A stretch of 62,797 nucleotides of DNA, filler included, from Octopus bimaculoides (GCF_001194135.2; 4 parts of 4 records of this genome joined end to end with filler, not necessarily neighbours in it); one strand, 5' to 3'. Positions 50,798 through 62,797 are shown, counted from the first letter of the whole stretch. The notes: generated by a model from the sequence alone, not told the origin. Made by a program: numbers and translations.

Positions 50798-51754
50798 TTT
50801 GTCTTTTAAATGGTCATATTTTCCCCCTTTAATCGTTAGTTATTAAATTCAAATAAATACAATTAAGAATTAAAAATGGTTCACAAATTTGTATTGTTGA
50901 GAGCTTATATTGCTAAACAGGTTTACCTTGTTGAATATAATACAAACCAAAGGTATCCATCGATGGGTGATTAGCTTTATTGACTTTGAAAGAAAGAAGG
51001 ATGTACTTGTTTTTAATCATTATATCTTTTTTTCCCAAAGTTATTAACATGTCAAATGTCTACAAGTGAGAATTGAAACTGGTTCACAGACTTATTGTTG
51101 AGAGCCTGTATTGCTAAACAAGCTTGCCTGGATAAATAAGTCATTAATTTGATTTTTTAACAGCCATTCAACTAGACCAGTTGTTTTCACTATGGGTTAA
51201 GGAGATTCATTTCTCACAGAGTGGGAGTGGAGACAAAAATGGAAATAACCATCAGGCTAAAAGACTGGTGTACTTAGGAAATGAATAGGTAGCAGGTGTA
51301 TCTTAGCTATGTTTGTGTGAGATTCCCAAATAAATTCTGGAAGAAGTATGAAAAGATATTGAAAGTGCAAGCTGCTTAGCATGCTAAACAGTTTGTGAAG
51401 TAACAGAAGAAAGAAAATATTACATTGAAAATATATAAAAAGGACAAAGAAAAACAAGGAAAGAATCTTTAAGCACAATGATACAAGCATATATGTATTC
51501 AGTTGATATGAGAGTAAAGATAAAGAGAAGTGTTATTATGAAGTGCAGCTAGAGAAAGAGAGAGTTAGAATTGTCTACTCCACTGACCCAGTTGAAAAGA
51601 CATTTATAGAGAGATTAGCAGGGCATAGAATAAAATATAGAAGGCAATAAGTAAGTTGGGAAGGCTATAGAGCATTCATGTGTGGCAGCAGGAATGTTAA
51701 AAGCCTCAAACAGGATTAGAGTCATAACTAGTCACACCCCTAACTATCCAGACT

Positions 51755-51850
51755 ATATACATCAGGGTGTTATTTCCAATGACAGATGGTGTCATAAGGA
51801 AAAGAAGCGACTGACTGCGGTGGAGTGGGAAATATTATGAACGAAATAAT
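51755..51850 (+). pseudogene. Possible RTE-type RT fragment
   Basis: YIHQGVISNDRWCHKEKKRLTAVEWEIL loosely resembles YLGxVISxxGGCxxEIxxR. Confidence 0.3.
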
Positions 51851-52072
51851 AAAAGTTTGGGAAATTTAGTGCAGATTTTCAGATGCTTTTCATTGAAGGT
51901 TTGGTTTGTATGTGGAAGGCTTCAGTGTTTTTTTTCACTTTCTGTGTGTGTGTGTGGGGGGGGGTGAGTATGGGTGTGTGTGTGTGTGTGAGCATGGGTG
52001 TGTGAGTATGGGTGTGTGTGTGTCTGTGTGCGTGTCTGTGTGTATGAGTGTCTGTTTTTGAGTGTGCATGTA

Positions 52073-52172
52073 NNNNNNNNNNNNNNNNNNNNNNNNNNNN
52101 NNNNNNNNNNNNNNNNTTAATTAATTAANNNNNNNNNNNNNNNNNNNNNNNNNNNNNNNNNNNNNNNNNNNN
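52073..52172. other. Artificial scaffold-joining spacer
   Basis: 44 N + TTAATTAATTAA + 44 N. Confidence 0.95.
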
Positions 52173-52234
<62 letters not shown>

Positions 52235-52366
52235 CTTTTCTCTTCGCTTCTACCGCTCTGGTTTTCTCTTGCTTTTCTCATTCTCCTCCTTCGACTCTTT
52301 TTCTTCTCAATCTTTCTTGCTTACTTCTTTCTCTTACTTGCCTTATTCTTTCTTCCCTTCTCTTCG

Positions 52367-52398
<32 letters not shown>

Positions 52399-52736
52399 TT
52401 TCCTTCCTTCTTTCTGTCTGTCTGTCTGTCTTTCTTCTCTTTTGTGATTTGTAATAAAGTGTGTGGCCGTGTTTAGCTTCTAATGCTTGCACATAAATCA
52501 TCAAGATTCTACGCCAATAACGGTAATTAGCAGCGAATTGTTGGCAAATTAGTTAACGCATTTGTCATTAGGGTACGGCAGTTCGAGAGCCCGACAGAAG
52601 CATCAGTAAATCAAACAGTCTAAGACTGAGAGTTTGACAAGGGTGATGGTGGTGGTGGTGATGGGGGTGATGGGGGTGGTAGTGAGGGAAGAGAGTGAGA
52701 TTGATAGAGAGAGCGAAAGAGAGATTAAAAGAGAGA

Positions 52737-52786
<50 letters not shown>

Positions 52787-53260
52787 TAGAGAGAGAGGGA
52801 GGAGAGAGAGAGAAGAGCAAGAGCAAATAGTAATAAATTTGTGAGGGAAGGTGATAAGATAAAAGTGTGAAGAAGAAAGAAAGGGTGAGAGAGAAGGAAA
52901 GAAAGACAGTAAAAGGAGAAAGTGTGTGAACTATCTTTGTATATGCATGTGTTTACATATGTGTTTATGTGTGTGTTTGTTACATATATGTCTGTCTGAT
53001 GTGTAAATGAGAATCGGCTTTAAAAAAAGAGAGGGAGAGAGAATGAAAGCGAGGAGGAGAGATATAAAGAGAAAGAAGAAAAGAAAGAAGTAAAAGGTTA
53101 GATAATGAAGTAGAGATAGAGAAAGAAGACGTGGAGGGGAGAGTAAGGAATAAAAAGAGTAAAAAGTCGGGCAATGAAAAGGTCCGAATCAGACTAAATG
53201 CGAAGAGCCATGAAGAAACAAGGAAGATCAGAGCAGCAAAGACAGAGTCAAGGTTTTGGC

Positions 53261-53710
53261 AATATTTCTTTAGTTGGATTGGACAATACGACCAGGAAAC
53301 ACGGGATTTCTTTTGTTTACAAGCTGTGGTTTAAACCAGTCAAATAATAAGAAGAACAACTACAGTGACAAGAATCATAAGGTGGAAGACCAGGATAATA
53401 GCAAGAGTACCAATAGCGAAATGCTACAAATAAGCGATGGGATTAATGTACTAGAACAATAACCAATATTACCAAGATATTTCTTGAGTTGGATGAGAAA
53501 ATATGAACAAGAAATACAGGATTATGTTTACAAGCTGGATTTTAAACTAATCAAATAACAACAACAGCAATAATGACAAGGATTACAACGTGGATGATGA
53601 CAATAATGATAAGAAGGATAACTACAACAACAACAGAGAAATGCTACAAATAACCAATGGAATTGTAATACTAGGAAAATAACCAACATTACCAAAGTAT
53701 TTCAACAAGA
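53261..53710 (+). repeat. Diverged tandem duplication, ~215-220 bp period, two copies plus the start of a third
   Basis: Anchors ATATTTC at 53262, 53477 and 53697; shared GTTTACAAGCTG...TTTAAAC...CAAATAA and GAAATGCTACAAATAA. Confidence 0.85.
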
Positions 53711-55213
53711 AATGCAAATTGGATCCAATTTATGAAAGAAAACAAATTTGAACGTAAATGCAACAATAACAACACCAACAACAGCAACCACATCACTACA
53801 CAAGGTGAACCAAAAACGCAGCAACAACAAATTGAAAAATAGACCTACAAGAATTGGAGTCAAAATACAAGACGTCATTTAAATATGGAGGTCATTTGCA
53901 GCGTTTTACTTTGGTGATAATTTACCCAAGAAGTATGCGGCGTACTTTCACACAAATATACTTACACACAGAATCACACACGTGCGCGCGCGTGCAAATA
54001 GATATTCTGCCAAAAACACTTAAAGAGAGAATTCAAGATTGAATTAAGCAATGGAACTTTAAACATTAACATCTTGTTTCTTAACAAACTTTGTCATAAT
54101 TCTAAATTATATTTTAATTGTCCTTCCTAGTTATCTTAGTATTGTTCCTCGTCACGCTAGAAGCAGCAATGAAATCTGTCTCTAGTTATAACGTAAATTG
54201 ACTCAAAATGGAAGACCACGATGGATAAAGAGCTATAGATACGCTAAAGCAAAACAAAATAGATGTGTCCGTCACGGATGAAACGCCTTTGATCATAACG
54301 CTACTCTATGAGGGATGATTAAAGTATAAAGAAAAACCCAACAATTATATCAGTTCTCTGCAGATTTTAAAGAATGTTTTGATGTCTTCTTCTATGTCAA
54401 TTAGTAAATACAAAAGATAAAAACAAAATGGCAGATTATTTTGGTATTCCATGGGATAAGAGACATCTTAACGCTCTTGGATGGAAGAGAGACATTTTGC
54501 TACAGAGGATTACATTATCACAGATCGTCATGTGTATGTAAGTGTGAGTGTATGTAATGTATCTGTGTATGTGTATTTGTGTGTGTGTGTGTGTGCCTGT
54601 GTGTAAATGCATCTATCTAAGTGATTGGAAGTAAATTTTCGGATGATTTCGGATTTTCTACATCATGCAATTATTACGAGGAATTCGCAGCAGTAAGTTT
54701 TACTATTCTTTAACTTATTTTCGTAGTTCATGTATTTACTGCACCTTTGTTCTAAATTTATACACATACACACGAGGACTTCTCAGGATTATTCTTTATT
54801 ATTATTAACTCCTGCACATACGCACGGGATTTCTCAGGCTATTTGTTATTATTAACATACACACACATACATACACACATACATACATACATACATACAT
54901 ACATACATACATTCAAGGATTTTAAAAGTTAATATTAGAGAGGAAAAAATGTTTGAAAAGGAACAAAGATGAAATATGATAAAAAATTGTCTTTCCAAAC
55001 TGAGCTTGAAAATATCGCAACTGAAATTTTGAGAAACATATCTCATAGTTTAGTTTCGTATTTCAAAAATTTATTTCATTTAACTTAAATAACTTTCGTT
55101 CATAATTTCATTCGTTTAGTAAATTTAGTCAGTTATTTAATAAACGCAATTAGTCACTATTGTTTATTAACGTTACTATTTAAGATTTATCAAAATTGTT
55201 AAAGCATCGAGAA

Positions 55214-55255
<42 letters not shown>

Positions 55256-55261
55256 ATTGGC

Positions 55262-56025
55262 TCAATGCCAGAATTTTGGGAGAATGGACCAGTTCGCTAT
55301 TTTAGCACCAACATTTGACTCGTAATTTATTTTATCGACTCCAGAAGGGCGTAAAGGGAAACTAGACTTCGTGGGATTTGAACTCAGAACGCAAGATACC
55401 TTTGATATTTGGCCCGTTTCTTTATGTCCTGTGTTAAAATTTCGCATCAGACGACTTCCTCATTTTATCCTTTTGGGATCAATAACATAAAATATCTGTC
55501 AACGATTGAGAATGATTGTATCGACTTACAGCTTCTTCTCGAAATTCCTGGACTTGTGCCTAAATCAAGAATGATTATATAAGGTAGCAAGGCAGCGAGC
55601 TGGCAGAATCGTTAGCTTGCCGGGAAAAATGCTTAGCAGCATTTCGTCCGTCTTTATCCGTCTGACTTAATATTCCGCCGAGGTGGACTTTGCCTTTCAT
55701 CCTTTCGGAGACGATAAAATAAGTACCAGTCGAGCACTGGGGTTGATGTGATCGACTTATCTCATGTCCCAGAAATTTTGAGCCTTGTTCCTATAACAGA
55801 AAGTATTATATAAGATGGTGAGCTGGTACAATCGTAAGAGTTGTCGGAAAAAGATGTTTTGCGGTGTTTTTTCATGGCCTTTATGCGCTAAATTCAAATT
55901 CTGCAGCGGTCAACTTTACTTGACCGCGGTCAAAGATAAGATGAAATACCAGTTATATACTGGAGCCAGCGTTATCGACTAAACTCCTCCACTAAAGTTG
56001 CTGACCCAGTACTAAAATTTGAAAC
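55262..56025. mobile_element. SINE family A cluster: one minus-strand copy (55262-55410) followed by three tandem plus-strand copies (~55410-55575, 55590-55810, 55812-56025)
   Basis: Repeated GCCTTTCATCC / TCGATAAAATAAGTACC / ATCGACTT modules. Confidence 0.8.
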
Positions 56026-56092
56026 AGTTACTACTAATGCTGATGCAGCTGCTACTACTACTGCTACTACTGCTGCTGCTGTTACTAGTACT

Positions 56093-56126
<34 letters not shown>

Positions 56127-56462
56127 GGGGAGTGAGAGAGTGGTGCTTGAAGGTCGTATAAATATATTGTTAATATTTACTTGATGTACATTCAATGTCA
56201 ATGTTTAAATTCGTTTAAACACGAACTGAAGGCCGCGCAGTATTTATTTTTATATTTACGTTTTTTTAATTCGAATCACTTCATGGTCCAATTTGTCGTT
56301 CGAAGCTCAGGAGATCGATAAATTGAAGACCAATTATATACAATTTTACTGCAAATAAAAAAGCTCACTCGTATATTAAGGTATATATTTTAGGTCCTTT
56401 GAATCCTTAAAAGAAACATTTTACACCTGCATATCACCCATACAAATTCAAGAGAATTAGCA

Positions 56463-56870
56463 AGCACAGGCGTAGCTGTGTATTAAGAAGTTTGCTTCCC
56501 AGCCACGTGGTCTTGGGTTCAGTCCCACTGCGTGACACTTGAAGCAGGTATCTGCCATCATTGCCTCGGGTTGACTATAACCTTGTGAGCAGATTTGGTA
56601 AGCAGAATATGAAAGAAGAGCGCCGTATATACGAGTGCGCTCTTGCTGTTGTCTTTGTATTTGTTCTTTCTCCGCCATAGTTTGATAACCAGTGCTGGTT
56701 TGTTTACGCTCCCGTAACTTAGCGATTCGGCAAAAAAATCACCGATAGAATAACTACCAGACTTTTGAGATAAGCAATGGGGGACGATTTTTTTTCGTCT
56801 AAGCCCTTCAAGGTGGTGCCCCAGCATAGCCAGAGCCCTATGTCTAAATCAAGCAAAAGATAAATGAAAC
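56463..56870 (+). mobile_element. Full-length SINE family C without an expanded internal microsatellite
   Basis: Head GCACAGGCGTAGCTGTGTATTAAGAAG...GGGTTCAGTCCCACTGCG, central GTATATACGAGTGCG, then the 3' half. Confidence 0.9.
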
Positions 56871-57406
56871 ATACACACTCTTTGTTCATTGTAATAGTAC
56901 GTAAATCATTTTTGTTATAGTGTAAGTCTACTAAACGAATTACTCCTACTCTTACTCCTACTTTCTGTACCACCCTCCCTCTTCTGCGCCTTCACCCTCT
57001 TTTTCCTCCTCTTTCCTCAATATGTGAACCTTAGATGATCAACGTAGAAAAATCACCCCTTTTCTTCCTTTTTCTTTGTCTTCTTCTTATTGTTATTATT
57101 AAACAAATTGTGATAAATGGATAACAGAACTGCTTTTGAATGAGTTTGATAAATCACCTTGTGAGTATTGAATTACCTTCAGCCCGATTTTGTTCCGGGT
57201 TCCAATCACGCCTGTATCGTCATTGCCATTCATCTTTCCCTGTGTCGATGAATCAGATCGATATAAACAACCATTCCATCTACACATCAATCTACCCATT
57301 TATTACAAATCTCAAACTTCGTATATTGAACTCGATGTAAATTACTGTTCGATCGATGCCTACATTTTATCATCAAAATTTTAACAGAAGAGAATGTGTT
57401 TGACAA

Positions 57407-57472
<66 letters not shown>

Positions 57473-58276
57473 GTATCTATCTATGTATGTATCTATCTAT
57501 GTATGTATCTATGTATGTATGTATNNNNNNNNNNNNNNNNNNNNNNNNNNNNNNNNNNNNNNNNNNNNNNNNNNNNNNNNNNNNNNNNNNNNNNNNNNNN
57601 NNNNNNNNNNNNNNNNNNNNNNNNNNNNNNNNNNNNNNNNNNNNNNNNNNNNNNNNNNNNNNNNNNNNNNNNNNNNNNNNNNNNNNNNNNNNNNNNNNNN
57701 NNNNNNNNNNNNNNNNNNNNNNNNNNNNNNNNNNNNNNNNNNNNNNNNNNNNNNNNNNNNNNNNNNNNNNNNNNNNNNNNNNNNNNNNNNNNNNNNNNNN
57801 NNNNNNNNNNNNNNNNNNNNNNNNNNNNNNNNNNNNNNNNNNNNNNNNNNNNNNNNNNNNNNNNNNNNNNNNNNNNNNNNNNNNNNNNNNNNNNNNNNNN
57901 NNNNNNNNNNNNNNNNNNNNNNNNNNNNNNNNNNNNNNNNNNNNNNNNNNNNNNNNNNNNNNNNNNNNNNNNNNNNNNNNNNNNNNNNNNNNNNNNNNNN
58001 NNNNNNNNNNNNNNNNNNNNNNNNNNNNNNNNNNNNNNNNNNNNNNNNNNNNNNNNNNNNNNNNNNNNNNNNNNNNNNNNNNNNNNNNNNNNNNNNNNNN
58101 NNNNNNNNNNNNNNNNNNNNNNNNNNNNNNNNNNNNNNNNNNNNNNNNNNNNNNNNNNNNNNNNNNNNNNNNNNNNNNNNNNNNNNNNNNNNNNNNNNNN
58201 NNNNNNNNNNNNNNNNNNNNNNNNNNNNNNNNNNNNNNNNNNNNNNNNNNNNNNNNNNNNNNNNNNNNNNNNNNNN

Positions 58277-58318
<42 letters not shown>

Positions 58319-58319
58319 G

Positions 58320-58540
58320 CATGTATGTGTGTGCCTTTGTGTTTGTGTTTGTTCCCCCACACTGCCTGACATGCGGTGTTGGTATGTTTACGCTCCCGTA
58401 AAAGTAGCGGTTCGTCAAAAAAGACCATACCAGGCTTTAAAAACAATAAGTCCTGCGGTCGAATTGTTCGACTAAAACGCCCCTTCGAGGCGGTGCCCCA
58501 GCACGGCCGTAGCCAAATGACTGAAAGAAGTAGAAGAATA
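58320..58540 (+). mobile_element. SINE family C 3' half following (TA)n and a gap
   Basis: Matches 3875-4090. Confidence 0.85.
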
Positions 58541-58970
58541 AAAGATTAAAGAGGTGGGGTGGTGTAAGTGAAAGGAGAGGGAGGAGCTAATTTTAATGAC
58601 TTTCGCAGTAAGAGTAATGATTTATTTGATTGACCGACCATTTACACGTTAAAGAGAGTGAGAGAAGAGAGAGAGAGGAGGGAGCAATTCGCTTGACTTG
58701 TATAATAACGAAAATAGTTTCACTATCACAAGGGTTCACATAGGAAGAGATCGTTGGAGGAGGAGGAGGAGGAGAAGAACAATAATGATGGGGAGGAGGA
58801 ATAGGAGGAGGTGACCGTTTTAAATGACTGCCACTATTTCATTGTGACACTTATTTCATCGACAGTCATTGGAATTGTCAAGAAGAAACCACATCATATT
58901 CATCATGGTAAAAGGAAATATCACCATTATTGCCGACAATAGCCGTCATTATTAACACGGCTATTGCCGG

Positions 58971-58971
<1 letters not shown>

Positions 58972-59001
<30 letters not shown>

Positions 59002-59152
59002 GTCGTCGTCGTCGTCATCATCATCATCATCATCGTCGTCAGAATCATTGACATTATCATCACCATTTTTACCAAACACTACTAAGCCTTCACTGCTACC
59101 ATTATCACTACCACAACCACCACCACCAACACCACCACCACCGTCATCATCC

Positions 59153-59183
<31 letters not shown>

Positions 59184-60018
59184 TGTCGTCGTCATCATCA
59201 TCATCATCATCATCATCACCGCTAAAACTATCACCACCACCACCACCACCAGCAACAACAACAACACCACCACCAACAACAACACCACCACCTATAACAG
59301 CAGCAACACCAACAACGCCACCATGATCACCACCACAACCATCACCACGACCACCACGACCACCATCACCCCAATCACACCACCACCACCACCACCACAA
59401 CCACCACCAACGNNNNNNNNNNNNNNNNNNNNNNNNNNNNNNNNNNNNNNNNNNNCCAGTGCTAACACTACCACTAACACTAATACCACCACCTACATCA
59501 CCACCAACACCACTACCAACTCCGACAGCTCCACCATCCCCATCGCAAGCGCCACTACCACTGTCGTCATCATAAGCACCACCACCACCACCACTATCAT
59601 TAGAAATACATTTAATCGTCATAACCCTTCCCTATCATTACCAGTTTTACCACCCATCCCCACCACCATCACCACTACTATCATCACCACCACCACCACC
59701 ACCACGAACAACACCACCGCCACCGCCACCATCATCATTAATATTTTCTGTTCGGTTTTGTGATTTGGCAATAGGTGTCGGTTGTGGTGAGAGTGGTGTT
59801 GTTGTTGCTTGTGCTTGTGGTGGTGGTGTGATGGTGGTGATGTTTGTTGCTATCATGGTGTTGGTGGTAGTAATGGTTATAGTGGTGGTAATGGTGATGG
59901 TAGTAGAGGTGATGGTAGTGACGATGATGATCGTGGCGATGAAGGGAACGAGTGTAATGGTAGTGGCAGAGGTATTAGAGATTGCTGTAGTGTTGGTGGT
60001 AGTGTCAACGGTGATGTA

Positions 60019-60078
<60 letters not shown>
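58972..60078. repeat. Long mixed trinucleotide low-complexity region: CAT/CAC/AAC-rich, then GTG/GAT/GTA-rich
   Basis: Seen directly in the sequence; the strand switch is near 59750. Confidence 0.9.
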
Positions 60079-60079
<1 letters not shown>

Positions 60080-60528
60080 GGGCGGGTTACGGCTTTGGAT
60101 TCTTAATGAGAGAATAGTTAATAATTTAGTGCCATGAGAGAATCCAGGAGGTTTACAACACCATCAATTGAGAAATTACCATCTCTATTACGAACAACAA
60201 AGAAATATATTTGACGACAACAAACTAACCAATAAACAAACAGAAGATAGATTGTGCCGGATGACGGACTATGGAGAATCGTGGATTAGATTTATGTTTC
60301 TTTCACTTAAATTAATTTGCTAATTTATTTATTTGCTGTTTGTTTAGTCTGAAGAATTATCGGTAAATCAGCGAAAGTGTCATTAAGAGGTTTGACCCAA
60401 AATACATTAATTTCACAAATGCTTGCCCGTCTCTTCGGTTCTCGTCACTGACCAATTCGCGAACAACAGTCGTGGCAGGCGATGGGAAGATGAAGACAAC
60501 GGAAGTCACGGCAAGACGAAATGCGTGT

Positions 60529-60565
<37 letters not shown>

Positions 60566-60810
60566 GTATTATTAGCGAGAGAAGTAATGTTTGTAACGAA
60601 TATTAATTAGCACATCCAACCTAACTTGGATGTGTTGTTTGTAACACAGCAGTCTATGGTGTAATAAACAACACATCCTACTTAGGTTGAAAGTGCTAAT
60701 TAAGATTTATACATACATACATGCACGCTCAAATGTGTGTGTATGTATGTATTAATAGTATTAATATATATGTATGTATGTATGCATGTATGTATGTATA
60801 TATATATATA

Positions 60811-60910
60811 NNNNNNNNNNNNNNNNNNNNNNNNNNNNNNNNNNNNNNNNNNNNTTAATTAATTAANNNNNNNNNNNNNNNNNNNNNNNNNNNNNNNNNN
60901 NNNNNNNNNN
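60811..60910. other. Artificial scaffold-joining spacer
   Basis: 44 N + TTAATTAATTAA + 44 N. Confidence 0.95.
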
Positions 60911-60947
<37 letters not shown>

Positions 60948-61899
60948 TATATATAGAGATAGATAGATAGATAAATAAATAAATGGAGAGATAAATAAAT
61001 AAACGCAGGTGTTAATCAAATCTTTATACTTCCGAAATATGTTTCGAAGAAAAAACATTGGTATTATTTCAGAAGGAATAAAATGATGCAAAGCAATGCA
61101 GTCTTTTCATCAGGGAAAAAAGAGAAACAAAACGCATCAGTAAAACATTTTAACCGAATGTGATTACTCCATATATGATGAAGGGAACGCTGGTACGTTA
61201 TTTTTTACAGAAAACCGTTAATATTTATAGCGTCAAAGGAAATTTATAGAAAGAGAAGGAGGAAGAAGAAAGAAATTAGCAGAAAATTAAAAGTGGAGAA
61301 ATATAGTGCGATAGGTGAATAGGAATAAAGGTTAAAGGCATGGAAATAGATATATTTAGTGGTAGTGAAATATAAGAAGACAGTGAATGGTTGAATTTTA
61401 TAGATTGGTAGAAATCGCTAGTAGGAACTAAAGGTATGTTTTTTCCAATGTCTGCAACGATAAACGCATTCTTTAAACGTGTTTACAAGAGGATTCTCTG
61501 AGAACAGGATGAAATACAATACATCGTTACAGAACGAACAAAAGGATTTACCTTTCTCATACGGAAATGATTTAGATAGAATATTCTATTCCAAATCAGA
61601 TTGTTTATTATATTCCTTTAGAGACCAAATTAATGTATTAAGCTCAGTATTGTTACGTTTATTGATATATCTAAATGTAGAGTAATGATTAGATATTCTT
61701 TTGGACAACTGAGACGAACAACTTATATAAAAAATTCTACTTCTATTAATCAGGACATGAAATCAAGTCATAAATCATTAACAATATAAATATTTGTTCG
61801 AATAGCAACACAAAATCGAGTAATGTAATTCTGCAGCGTAAGGGAGATAACCGTTCTTTAAGACCCTTTCTTCGTTATAAAGGTACATCGAGGACTTTT

Positions 61900-62390
61900 A
61901 AAGATAATTATCGTAATAACGAGATATGTCCTAACAAAACTGTTTAGTTGATAATTCCATATGGTAAGCAGATCAAATCCAACCTCCTTTACCAGTTTTG
62001 TGAAGCTATAGATAAAAATTTCCCCAAAGATTCAAGATACTATTCGATTATTAATTCACAACGAATCAGGATAGGGTTTTCAAACACTAAAAATCTTTCA
62101 CAAATCATCCCTTCGCGTAATAATAAGTTGTTAAATACAAATCCACTTAATGAAAATAGTAACATTGATATTATTAACACTAACCATTCTTTAAATAATA
62201 ATAGCAACAATATTATTATTTCTGCTATAAATTCCAATCGCATTCGTTTCCTTAGCTGTAATTCTAAGACAAGAAACTCTATTTATCAATGTAAACTTAC
62301 TTCCGGTTCTGACGTCTTTTTTATATAGGTAGTTCTTCATCTCATTTGTCCATAAGAACATCTAATCATTACTCTACATTAATATATATA
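61900..62390 (+). pseudogene. Penelope-like element C-terminal linker plus GIY-YIG remnant
   Basis: IIPYGKQIKSNL...AIDKNFPKDSRYYSIINSQRIRIGFSNTKNLSQII...NNKLL (cf. the PLE pattern PPxxxxVxTNIG...IDKHFP...KISYS..NI..II..HN.KIL), then SIYQC and, after a frameshift, FYIGSS...IRTSNH. Confidence 0.8.
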
Positions 62391-62797
62391 TTTATATACG
62401 CAAATATAGGTACAGGACGTCACCAACGGTGCAAACAACATGAAATACGTAAACAAACGAGAGAAAAGAAATGGAAAACAGGACATGTAAACACAAAGAA
62501 AGGACCCTTCAGTTATTGTCTGTCTTCCTACTCCTCATTTCGAGCATTCAACGATAATATCAGTTTTCAAACACAGTTGCTCCATTAAATTCTAAAATAA
62601 AATTTTGGATTTATGGAGGGTCAAAGTTGGAAAACGGTGAAGGATGGAAGGGGAGATAAAGGGAATTAGAGAAGGATGGAGCAAGAAAATAGTATAGAGT
62701 AGAGTCGCATCGAAAAGGTGAAGATAAACTTACTTGGAAATGGATGGGTCGCGTTCAAATAAATAATAATAAATAATATATGTATATGTGCATATAT

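Noticed and set aside
54130-54520. Possible decayed coding sequence
   Set aside because: Multiple stops in every frame and no diagnostic motif.
57190-57384. 64-aa ORF MFRVPITPV... as a real gene or exon
   Set aside because: Short, no recognisable motif, and overlapping ORFs of similar length occur in other frames.
58927-60117. Mucin-like or acidic proteins from S/T/D/G-rich ORFs
   Set aside because: All frames on both strands are open because of trinucleotide repeats, and there is no non-repetitive coding anchor.
1-62797. Most ORFs in the supplied track (MYVC, HTHT, IYIY, X-rich, poly-L/S/T/D)
   Set aside because: They are translations of di-, tri- and tetranucleotide microsatellites and N gaps, with no domain content.

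Overview
AT-rich, repeat-saturated eukaryotic DNA. The SINE families, (TTAGGG)n motif and microsatellite load suggest an Octopus (coleoid cephalopod) draft assembly; this is an inference from repeat recognition, not a database hit. The window is not contiguous. Three identical artificial spacers (44 N + TTAATTAATTAA + 44 N at 24452-24551, 52073-52172 and 60811-60910) join four separate pieces. I found no intact protein-coding gene, rRNA, true tRNA or CRISPR array, and almost all listed ORFs are translated microsatellites or gaps. Recognisable coding sequence is decayed transposon: Tc1/mariner (two), a pogo/Tigger-like tail, Helitron Rep, Penelope-like elements (one near-complete RT plus GIY-YIG) and four R4/Dong-clade retrotransposon fragments, the two shortest embedded in (TAA)n. 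Dozens of tRNA-derived SINEs fill the rest. The most notable observations are: a CpG-depleted domain (~30-52 kb) that behaves like a methylated gene body, with one CpG-retaining island; a (TAA)n-centred nest of R4/Dong fragments, SINEs and a non-coding partner candidate; a clean (TTAGGG)6 insertion inside a SINE; a palindromic mariner MITE whose empty site is preserved in a tandem duplicate; a perfect 18-bp hairpin inside a decayed Helitron; and a SINE whose internal site seeds several microsatellites and assembly gaps. I see no convincing new biological system, only these leads.
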